A DNA stretch of 64,000 bases from Candidatus Latescibacterota bacterium (GTDB lineage: Bacteria; Latescibacterota; UBA2968), in the NCBI GenBank assembly GCA_965204375.1, contig OZ241986.1, positions 256,001 to 320,000 of the forward strand, read 5' to 3'. Position numbers and translations under genes: made by a program. Of the stretch, positions 39,092-47,050 are shown piece by piece. The stretch's first letter is position 1, and each line of letters begins with the position of its first letter. The notes below the pieces were generated by a model that was not told the origin of the DNA, searched no databases, and saw nothing but the letters and a program-made list of their open reading frames with translations.

Positions 39092-41119
39092 ATGACGCGT
39101 GTACTGAAAATGAGGACGTCCTGCTTGGGCGTCCTTTCTCTTTTTGTGTTGATGGCGTGTGTGACAGCAAATGCAAATTCGGTTGATTCGCTGCTGGCAC
39201 GCGCGCAAAGCGATACGTTGAAATCGCTTGATTATCGCATTGGTCTGCTCAGAAAAGCACTCCGTGTGGACGGTAATCGCGCAGATGTCTGTGCGGCATT
39301 GGGCGCGTTGTTTATACAAAAGAACACGCCTGCGAGCAGGTTACGTGCAGACCGCTATATCTATCGCGCGATTGTATTGGATCCCGAGAATATAGCGTAT
39401 CGTCTGTCTTACGCGACCCTGCAGCGCAAGAAGGGCTTTCGGTACAATGCCATGCGATATTTTGAAAAGGTGCTCAGCATAGATTCAACGCAGGTTGATG
39501 CAGCCTGTGAAGTGGGCGATTATTATTTACAGGATATGTTGAAATACGTAGATGCGCGACGTTTTGACGGAGGTGGGAGTATGCGGTCTTTTGCAATGGA
39601 GAGTGTGCAAACGGCCGCGGATTATTACCACTACGCACTTGCACATGATCCCTATTGCAGGCGTGCGTATTACGGATTGGGTATGCTGAGTATAGAGGGT
39701 GGATATAAAGAGGATTTGATTGTTATTGCGCAGGCACTTTTAAACCGGTGGCCACAGGATCGGGATGGACTTTTGCTTTTGGGATTGGGGTATTATGCGG
39801 CCGAAAAGTACGAGGCGGCGGGCAAAGCTTATGATCGCGCGTACGCACAGATGGATTCGGTTGGGCAAGCTGCGATGACTTCAATAGAATTGTTGGGCGG
39901 AGGGGATGAGGCACCTGCGTTTTTTTGGCAGAGGCGCGATCCTTTGTTTCTCACGCCTGTGAATGAAAGAAAGCTGGCACATCGCGGGCGGGTTGCTTAT
40001 GCAAATTTGAGATTTGGTCTGCCCGATGAGGGGATTGCGGGTTGGGAAACGGATATGGGCAAGGTCTGGATTCGCTACGGTCGCTATGTCAATCGCGTGA
40101 GAACGCTTATTCCGCATCGAGAGATCTGGACTTATGAGGATTTTTCAATGAACTTTTTTTCTTATGATTCTGTGCATTGGAAATTGGAATCGATGAAGGA
40201 TGAGCGATGGGCACTCGTTCCGGGCGGATGGGGTAGAAGTCAGATTCTGTCGCCTAATTTTTATTTGCCCGAGCGCTATGTCGATCCATATCGAGATCAT
40301 AAATACGGATTGCCCGTGCAGGTGGGATTTTTTAAGGCTGAAGAAGGACAGGTCAAAATGGCTCTTTCGTGGGGCATTCCCAAGCGTCAGTTGCAGTATC
40401 TCAAGCTCTATGAGACCTATCAGGTCGATCTATATGCCGGTATTTTTGTCCACAGAAGCAATGGAGAAGAGGTTACGAGTGTCAGGTGGCAGCCAGAGGC
40501 ATTTCGAGATGTTTGGACCGATTCGTTAAAGGAGCGGTATTTGTTGGGTCAACGCGACCTGATTTTGGCACCAGATCAACAAATGGATGTCGATTCACTC
40601 GCGCTGTCTTTAGAAATTAAAGATGTGGGAAAAAAAACAGTGGGCGTGTTCCGCGATACCGTTTTTGTACAGACATTTCCCGATGATGTGATTTCTATGA
40701 GTTCTGTGTTGTTGGCTTCACATGCAGGGGATGGCAAAGAGGGGATAGAGATCATACCCAATCCGTTGAGAACTTTTGACGCGGACGAGTTGTTGTATAT
40801 CTATTTTGAGATCTACAATCTGGTGCGCGATGAGTTTGGGCAGACCGATTTTTCTGTGACGTACAGAGTAGGACCACCAGATTTGCGGCGTTTTTCCGAT
40901 AAGCGAGATCGAAAGGCGATTGCGCAATTGGGTATAAGTGATGACAGGTGGCGTATTTCCGTTAGTACAGATTATCGAGGAGGGGAGGTGCAGGAGCCGA
41001 TTTATTTATCCATTGATTTAAGTGAGTTGGGACCTGGTGTGCATCTGCTATCTATAGTGGTCACTGACCTTCAGACGGGTTTACAGGCTTGGCGAGAAAT
41101 TCTGTTCCGTATTTTGTGA
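39092..41119 (+). CDS. TPR + GWxTD domain protein
   Basis: Signal peptide, TPRs, FW..RDP..LTP.NE...H..R..YA, GWETDMGKVWIRYG, C-terminal Ig-like domain. Confidence 0.85.
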   Translation: MTRVLKMRTSCLGVLSLFVLMACVTANANSVDSLLARAQSDTLKSLDYRIGLLRKALRVDGNRADVCAALGALFIQKNTPASRLRADRYIYRAIVLDPENIAYRLSYATLQRKKGFRYNAMRYFEKVLSIDSTQVDAACEVGDYYLQDMLKYVDARRFDGGGSMRSFAMESVQTAADYYHYALAHDPYCRRAYYGLGMLSIEGGYKEDLIVIAQALLNRWPQDRDGLLLLGLGYYAAEKYEAAGKAYDRAYAQMDSVGQAAMTSIELLGGGDEAPAFFWQRRDPLFLTPVNERKLAHRGRVAYANLRFGLPDEGIAGWETDMGKVWIRYGRYVNRVRTLIPHREIWTYEDFSMNFFSYDSVHWKLESMKDERWALVPGGWGRSQILSPNFYLPERYVDPYRDHKYGLPVQVGFFKAEEGQVKMALSWGIPKRQLQYLKLYETYQVDLYAGIFVHRSNGEEVTSVRWQPEAFRDVWTDSLKERYLLGQRDLILAPDQQMDVDSLALSLEIKDVGKKTVGVFRDTVFVQTFPDDVISMSSVLLASHAGDGKEGIEIIPNPLRTFDADELLYIYFEIYNLVRDEFGQTDFSVTYRVGPPDLRRFSDKRDRKAIAQLGISDDRWRISVSTDYRGGEVQEPIYLSIDLSELGPGVHLLSIVVTDLQTGLQAWREILFRIL

Positions 41120-41121
41120 TG

Positions 41122-42123
41122 TCAGGGGACCTGTTTTTTTGCTTTTTTGTGCCAGAGGAGGTTAATCAGTGGCGGGCCGCCAAATAAAAGAAAGCCGAGG
41201 ATTGCCACTGCGTGTACCGACGTGGCAAATGCCGATGCGATTTCTATTGGCACATGGTAGAAATGGTGGAGGGTTTGGGCGCAAAAGAAATGGTAAGAGC
41301 CTATACCGCCCGGCGTGGGAATGACAAATCCGATCGTGGCGATGGTCATCACTACCATAGCTTCAAACAAGCCAAGGTTGTAGTTATGTGATAGGTCAAA
41401 ACTGTAGAAGGGCAAGTACATGGCGAACAAATAAAGACTATTGAGAATTAGAGTCGATGCCAAAATCCCCGCGTAGCCTTCCACGGTGTGAATGGCTCTC
41501 ATGCCCTGTAAAAAAGAACGCAGAATGTGGGTTGCACCATCGGCCAGCCCAGGAGAGAGGCGCGCCAGCAGGCGGTGGAAAAAGGACAGGCCGCGTTCTC
41601 CTCGGGCGGAGAGTAGTCCCAAAAATACGAAAGCAAACAGGATGAGGGGCAATATCAGCAAGGCGACTTGTTCAAGTCCGGGAAATGCCGCGCCGATCTG
41701 CTCTCTGGCAAAAAATAAAACCACGCCGAAGATGATCAACAGGGTGAGTACATCGAGCAAGCGTTCCACAATTACTGTCGCCAGGATTGCACTGATGCCG
41801 GTAGGGTGATCCTTTTCGAGGGCGAGGGCACGAGCAACTTCGCCAGCGCGTGGGAATACAACATTGCCCGCATAGGCGACCATGACAGCCCAAAATGTCG
41901 AGCGAATGGAAATATTTGAGGCAACGGGTAATAGCAAAATGCGCCAACGCCATGCTCGGGGTAAGCCCGAAGCGATAATGATGATGGCCGATAAGAACAA
42001 CCACAAAGGATTGGCTGTTTGCAGGGCCTCCTCAAGGCGCGTTCCATTGACATCTCTAAACGCTGCCCAGAGAAAGCCTCCCATTAACACGAGACTGGCT
42101 GCGAGTTTGAGAAAGTTTTTCAT
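41122..42123 (-). CDS. Lysylphosphatidylglycerol synthase TM / flippase-like protein (UPF0104)
   Basis: RAWRW, PRAGEVAR, ERLLD, PTPGGIGSYH. Confidence 0.88.
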   Translation of the reverse strand: MKNFLKLAASLVLMGGFLWAAFRDVNGTRLEEALQTANPLWLFLSAIIIIASGLPRAWRWRILLLPVASNISIRSTFWAVMVAYAGNVVFPRAGEVARALALEKDHPTGISAILATVIVERLLDVLTLLIIFGVVLFFAREQIGAAFPGLEQVALLILPLILFAFVFLGLLSARGERGLSFFHRLLARLSPGLADGATHILRSFLQGMRAIHTVEGYAGILASTLILNSLYLFAMYLPFYSFDLSHNYNLGLFEAMVVMTIATIGFVIPTPGGIGSYHFFCAQTLHHFYHVPIEIASAFATSVHAVAILGFLLFGGPPLINLLWHKKAKKQVP

Positions 42124-43007
42124 GATAGGCCATATCCCAGGCTGCGAAGGGCGGTGTCTTTTTTTCGCCAGTTTTCATAGACTTTGACGTGCAGGTCGAG
42201 GTAAATTGGGTGTTCCAAAAAGGCCTCTATTTTTTTTCGTGCCCGATGTCCAATAGTTTTGAGGGTTTTGCCCCCCCGTCCTATGACAATGCCTTTTTGT
42301 GAATTGCGTTCGACAATGATATTGGCCTGAATATAGACTTTGGGGCGGTTTTCTTCAAATGCCTCAATGTCGATTGCCGTTGCATAAGGCAATTCCTGAC
42401 GCAGGTGGTGGAACACTTCCTCTCGAATGAGTTCCGCAACAAAAAATCTTTCAGGCTGTTCGGTGAGCATATCTTCCGGGTAGTATTGTGGGCCTTCTGG
42501 CAGTGCATGGCGCAAAGCGGTGTGAAGGGCTTGTATGCCCTGACCGGTAGTGGCCGCCACAGATAAAACGACCTGCGTGGCGAGTGAAGCGCGAATCTGT
42601 TGTTCGCAGCGTTGGGCTTGCGCGCGCGAGATGAGGTCGGTCTTGTTTACGGCGATGATTTTGGGAATATCCCATTGTCCGAAGATTTGTCGTACTTCGA
42701 CGTCATAAGAGGTGTCAAATTCTGAACCATCGACAATGCCCAAAAGCACATCGGCACTTTGATATGCACGCCCGATTTGCCGATTCATAAATTCGTGAAG
42801 GCGATAGCGCGCAGACAAGATACCGGGGGTATCGAGAAATATCATTTGAGCCTGTTTATCTGTGACAATCCCCAGGATATTATTACGGGTAGTTTGGGGT
42901 TTGGGCGAAATAATGGATAGACGCTCCCCCACGAGTGCATTAAAAAGTGTGGATTTGCCGACATTGGTGCGTCCTGCGATTATGACATATCCAGATTTGA
43001 AAGTCAT
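42120..43007 (-). CDS. era: GTPase Era
   Basis: GRTNVGKS, PQTTR, DTPG, NKTD, KH domain with VIGRGG. Confidence 0.95.
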   Translation of the reverse strand: MTFKSGYVIIAGRTNVGKSTLFNALVGERLSIISPKPQTTRNNILGIVTDKQAQMIFLDTPGILSARYRLHEFMNRQIGRAYQSADVLLGIVDGSEFDTSYDVEVRQIFGQWDIPKIIAVNKTDLISRAQAQRCEQQIRASLATQVVLSVAATTGQGIQALHTALRHALPEGPQYYPEDMLTEQPERFFVAELIREEVFHHLRQELPYATAIDIEAFEENRPKVYIQANIIVERNSQKGIVIGRGGKTLKTIGHRARKKIEAFLEHPIYLDLHVKVYENWRKKDTALRSLGYGLS

Positions 43008-43017
43008 CACTGTCCAA

Positions 43018-44001
43018 TCAAAAAAATAAAGTGGCCGAAATGCGGTACGTGTTGTCGAGTTGGTCGTGTTCCATGAAGGCGAGATCTACACCGAACTGAC
43101 GGAGTTGCAGGCCAGTGCCCGCTGTAAAGTGCCCGTTCTTATATCCGAGGCGAAATGCGAGGCGGTGTTGCAGGCGGTATTCTATCCCCAGTTGTATGCT
43201 GCGTGTTTTTTCCCGTGTCGATTTTTTGTCATTCAGGTGCGTGCTAAAACCGACTGTCATATCGCCGCCGGGCACCCTGCGTTGGAGGGCAGATCCCATG
43301 ATAAGAGACGGCGAAATGCGATCTGTAATGCCGTCGGGAAATGCAATGCGCGTCTTTGTAAGATCGCGTATTGTCGCGCCAATGTGAAACGTCGAAGTGG
43401 GCAGATAGAGCAGGCCGATGTCCAAGCCAAAGCCGCTTCCGATGCCGACGCTGAGATCGCGTCGGATCATTTTTATACCTGTCCCAAGACGCAATTTATC
43501 TGTGATATGCCGCCCATAAGCGATTCGAAAGACATAATCAGCAGTGCCGATTTTGTCGATTATTACGGGTCGGTTGTCTGGGCCAATTGGACGGTCTGGA
43601 TCTTCCAGGCCCGTCAGGGCAATCCCATCAACGCCAGCGCGAACAATGCCCAGGCCAATGCCGCCTTTTCTTATGGGCAAGCGCAATGCAAAGATATCGT
43701 GATTTACACTACCGCCAAATTGCTCGGCATGTTGTACGTGAATTTCTCGTTTTGGTGGTGATGAGCTTTTGTGGAAGCCTGTCCCAAAGCGTGCCAGATA
43801 CACTTCTGGGGCAAGTCCTGCGGGATTCCAATAGATTGCTGTTGCATCAAAACTGAGCGCGACATAAGCACTGCCCATGCCCAGAGCGCGGGCGCCGGCA
43901 CCCAATAAGAGTGGATCACCTGCATAATGGGATGTCTGGGCATGGATTGGACTTGTAAGCGCGCACATGCAATACAACGCCAGGGTCGCAAAGCGTTTCA
44001 A
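43018..44001 (-). CDS. PorV/PorQ-like (FadL-related) outer membrane beta-barrel
   Basis: GARALGMG.AYVA...DATAIYWNPAGL signature, GFGLDIG, terminal F. Confidence 0.8.
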   Translation of the reverse strand: MKRFATLALYCMCALTSPIHAQTSHYAGDPLLLGAGARALGMGSAYVALSFDATAIYWNPAGLAPEVYLARFGTGFHKSSSPPKREIHVQHAEQFGGSVNHDIFALRLPIRKGGIGLGIVRAGVDGIALTGLEDPDRPIGPDNRPVIIDKIGTADYVFRIAYGRHITDKLRLGTGIKMIRRDLSVGIGSGFGLDIGLLYLPTSTFHIGATIRDLTKTRIAFPDGITDRISPSLIMGSALQRRVPGGDMTVGFSTHLNDKKSTREKTRSIQLGIEYRLQHRLAFRLGYKNGHFTAGTGLQLRQFGVDLAFMEHDQLDNTYRISATLFF

Positions 44002-44594
44002 TGATTGGCCTCTGCATGGGGGATGAAGATGGCGATATTGCCGGGACGCAATGCCGATCCCAGGGCTTTGATATCGACAGGAGATAAAGTGATGTGCGGT
44101 GTGGCACCTGTTGAAATTCCGTCCGCTCGCATGACGAGGTTTGGCGCAAAATAGAGGCGAGAACGATGGCGAGGCCCTTCTATCAGGCGTCCGGAGAAGT
44201 CGAGGGGGAAAAACCGCCCGCGAAGTCGCAGATTTGCATTGCCGGGTTCAACCGAGATGGGGTCAATTCTGTTCACAAAGCAGTAGTTCTGAGTGTGGCG
44301 TTCTTCTATGGGCGACAAGTCGAGAATGGAGCACGTTCTCAGCACATTGCCCTGTGATTTGAGGTGAATTTGCTTTGACGGAATGTCGATGATAAGGTAG
44401 AATTCGCCCGGTGCTGTTTTGACCTGGTCGAGTTCTCGGACAAGGGCTTCGCGGTAGTTTTGGAAAACGATTTTGTCCTGACCAAATACCTGAGTTTCCA
44501 CAAGAAGCAAACAAATTAGTAGATATAGACCCGGTCGCCAACTTGTAGTGAGCGATACACAAAGGCCAGGTCTTCGTCGTTGAGGCGAATACAT
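43998..44594 (-). CDS. Hypothetical exported protein, degenerate L,D-transpeptidase-like fold (start uncertain)
   Basis: YLIIDIPSKQIHLK..G.VLRTC...DPI...ITLSPVDIKAL...LRPGNIAIF parallels the upstream YkuD protein. Confidence 0.5.
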   Translation of the reverse strand: MYSPQRRRPGLCVSLTTSWRPGLYLLICLLLVETQVFGQDKIVFQNYREALVRELDQVKTAPGEFYLIIDIPSKQIHLKSQGNVLRTCSILDLSPIEERHTQNYCFVNRIDPISVEPGNANLRLRGRFFPLDFSGRLIEGPRHRSRLYFAPNLVMRADGISTGATPHITLSPVDIKALGSALRPGNIAIFIPHAEANH

Positions 44595-45100
44595 CCGTGC
44601 GTGATATGCCGTCCGAGCAATGTGGGATAAAGGGTGCCGTGAATTTCATATCCGTCGCCCAATTTAAGGGCGTAGGCACCGAGGGTTGTCCTGTCGAGAC
44701 GCCGAAACTCCCAGGGTAATACAGTGGGTTCTTCTCCATTTTCGACAAAGGCCCACAAGGGCTTGGCCCAGATGGGATCTGTCACTTTGTGCAAAATAGT
44801 TCTGACCCCCAATGGCGTGTGAAATTGCCAGCGTGCCGTAGCACCTGGATGGAGCAGTACTTTGCCGCTGCCTGTCGCACACGTCGCTTCTCGTATTATC
44901 TGGTTGTTGTTCCAAACTTGAAGGCGGTTGTGTACGGTATCAATAACGATGTAGGTTTCTGCTGAGTGTCGTTTCAACTTTTCCTGAAGTGATGTAATGT
45001 CAGCTTTGAGTTGTTCTATCTCTGTTTCTCGTGCAGGTAGATGCAGGCAGAAACTGAAGAACAGATAAAGAGCGAGCAATATGGGGTAAAAGCTGTGCAT
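44516..45100 (-). CDS. L,D-transpeptidase (YkuD family)
   Basis: YIVIDT, ATG, TPLG, LGAYAL, YEIHGT...THGCIRL catalytic motif. Confidence 0.9.
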   Translation of the reverse strand: MHSFYPILLALYLFFSFCLHLPARETEIEQLKADITSLQEKLKRHSAETYIVIDTVHNRLQVWNNNQIIREATCATGSGKVLLHPGATARWQFHTPLGVRTILHKVTDPIWAKPLWAFVENGEEPTVLPWEFRRLDRTTLGAYALKLGDGYEIHGTLYPTLLGRHITHGCIRLNDEDLAFVYRSLQVGDRVYIY

Positions 45101-45118
45101 GGATGGCTCAAAAATTGC

Positions 45119-45152
45119 AAAACCGAGGTGCTTTTTGTGCGCCTCGGTTTTT
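45119..45152. terminator. Hairpin/terminator between the lipoprotein and L,D-transpeptidase genes
   Basis: AAAACCGAGGTGC...GCGCCTCGGTTTTT. Confidence 0.6.
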
Positions 45153-45179
45153 GTCTTTTTAAAAGATATTTGGATATTA

Positions 45180-45806
45180 CTACAGGCGGAAATACCAGGG
45201 TTTGTTTCGTTCTTTCCAGTCTTCGATTTTCTGAAGCGCGACCGAAACAGCACCTTGAACATCTGCTAATTTGTTTTCCGCATCTTGTGCTTGAGCGAGA
45301 GCATCTCTGTATTGCCCATTGTCGAGGCTGCTGCGTGCGTCGCTTACGCTGGTCTCGGCCTGATTCAGGTCGGCGTTGAGCTGATCGAGATCATCGTCTG
45401 CGCCTTTTCCCCGAGGTGCTTCACCCAAACCGACTCTGGCTTCTGAAATGCCAGGCATGACGCGTTCGATAATCGCCTGGGTATCGGCCTCCAGTTGCCT
45501 GTTGGTGTCAGCTTCTGATTTTGCGCTATTAGCTAACTCCTGAGCTTCTACATAAAGAGGCTCAGCTTCATCAAATTTATTGAAGAAAAAGAACTTTTTT
45601 TCTTCAAACTTCTTGGCGGCACTGTCTATGGCAGCAGTTGCTATGCGATATGATTCGGGCGCATAAGCCTCGGCCTGAGCCGCCTGTGCTGCAGCATAAG
45701 CAGCCTCAGTATCGGCTTTCAATTTTACCAATTCTTCGGAAGGCCCACAACCCGTTATGGCAAGTGCCAAAGTCAAAACAGTGCAAAGGCTTAAAATGGA
45801 TCGCAT
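45180..45806 (-). CDS. Alpha-helical lipoprotein (DUF4398-like)
   Basis: Start at MRSILS behind AAGGAG; lipobox ITGC; A..AQAEAYAPE motif; Ala-rich helices. Confidence 0.7.
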   Translation of the reverse strand: MRSILSLCTVLTLALAITGCGPSEELVKLKADTEAAYAAAQAAQAEAYAPESYRIATAAIDSAAKKFEEKKFFFFNKFDEAEPLYVEAQELANSAKSEADTNRQLEADTQAIIERVMPGISEARVGLGEAPRGKGADDDLDQLNADLNQAETSVSDARSSLDNGQYRDALAQAQDAENKLADVQGAVSVALQKIEDWKERNKPWYFRL

Positions 45807-45862
45807 CCTTAGACTCCTTGGTTTGTCGTCAATGAGGGTTTTACGCATTGTTTTCTTTGCGG

Positions 45863-45891
45863 AAGATAAAACACAAATTTCAGCTTGTCAA
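45863..45891 (-). promoter_or_regulatory. Putative sigma70 promoter of the lipoprotein-LDT-porV-era cluster
   Basis: TTGACA-N17-TATCTT on the minus strand. Confidence 0.6.
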
Positions 45892-45947
45892 TACCAATTT
45901 TGGGATACGAGAAATGGCGTTGGGCTGTCATTGAAGATGTATTCTAT

Positions 45948-46799
45948 TTATCGCCGTTCACTTTTTTTATAGAAAAGTTTGTTCAGTGGGCTTTTGGGAG
46001 CCGTAAGGTATTTAGCTTCATCGGGTGTTAGAGCTTTGTCAAATACGGCGATTTCGTCGATTTGTCCGGGATATTTGTAATGATTAAATCGCATCACGAG
46101 GTTTTCTATATCCCAGGTTAGATTCTGCTGAAGCGGGCCTTTGCGCCCTGCTTCCATGCCATCTATATACAGCACCCATTCAGCATCGGCCTTGCCGCTG
46201 TTAAAGTTGGACCAGGTAATGGCGATGTGATGCCAGTCGTTTGCACGCCAGTTGGCGGGAACCGAAATTACGTATCTATCAACCTCTTCATCGCCAATTT
46301 CCCGTTGTTTGTCGGGATAGCATCCAAACCGAAGTGTGCCGTCGGCTTTTTTGAAATCAACGAATACAACTGCATCATCCCACGGATATTTTTCGCCGTC
46401 TTTTTTTCCAATATGAAAAGGTTCGGGGTAGTTGGATTCGAAGCTGGCGATGTCGGTTTGGAGCCAGAATGCAATGCTGCCAGACCACGCGCTGTTTGCA
46501 CTGTAGGCGAGGTTATTTTTGCCGCTGTAATTGAGTGCGCCTGCATCTGGATTAAAAGCCAAATACCCATCGGGATTGCCGCCTTGCTTGATGTGGTTGG
46601 TGTTGGCTGTATCAAAGGTAGCCAATGGGTCGCCAAGGCTGTCGAGGGCATCCACGCCTTTTTCAAAGTTGGCAAAAAAAAGTACGTGTGCTCGCAAGCT
46701 CTCTTCAATGGCCTTTTCGGGACCACCACAGGCTGTTGTGATTGCTAAAAATATGAGGACTATAGTGCCGCGAGATAGCTGGGGAAGGTGGAGCGACAT
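45948..46799 (-). CDS. LamG/concanavalin A-like jellyroll lipoprotein
   Basis: Lipobox-like TTAC, GSIAFW, WHHIAITW, LYIDG, GQIDEIAVFDKALT. Confidence 0.8.
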   Translation of the reverse strand: MSLHLPQLSRGTIVLIFLAITTACGGPEKAIEESLRAHVLFFANFEKGVDALDSLGDPLATFDTANTNHIKQGGNPDGYLAFNPDAGALNYSGKNNLAYSANSAWSGSIAFWLQTDIASFESNYPEPFHIGKKDGEKYPWDDAVVFVDFKKADGTLRFGCYPDKQREIGDEEVDRYVISVPANWRANDWHHIAITWSNFNSGKADAEWVLYIDGMEAGRKGPLQQNLTWDIENLVMRFNHYKYPGQIDEIAVFDKALTPDEAKYLTAPKSPLNKLFYKKSERR

Positions 46800-46972
46800 G
46801 TGTAAAGTCTCCTAAAAAAGAAGTTCAGCGTATTGTGAAGTTAAATGCACAAGTTGATATACTCTCAAAACGCAGGTATGTCAATACCAAAATATATGGC
46901 ATTACAAAGATAGCTTAAATACTCGAAAAATCAATAGTTGAGATACTCGAAAACTCTGTCTCGGAAATTGTC

Positions 46973-47001
46973 TTGACATCTCAAAAGTTATTTGTTAGCA
47001 T
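46973..47001 (+). promoter_or_regulatory. Putative sigma70 promoter of the M28-FtsX/OPT operon
   Basis: TTGACA-N17-TAGCAT about 50 bp upstream of ATG 47051. Confidence 0.6.
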
Positions 47002-47050
47002 AAATTCAATTTTCCCAAAATGTTTGGTATTCTTAACAGGAGTCTCCTCG

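Noticed and set aside
43018-44001. PorV-like gene as evidence for a type IX secretion system
   Set aside because: No other T9SS components are in the window, and PorV/PorQ-like barrels occur without a T9SS.
45807-45848. Longer start (MRKTLIDD) for the helical lipoprotein
   Set aside because: The predicted promoter leaves almost no leader for it, while the AAGGAG RBS and lipoprotein signal fit ATG 45806.
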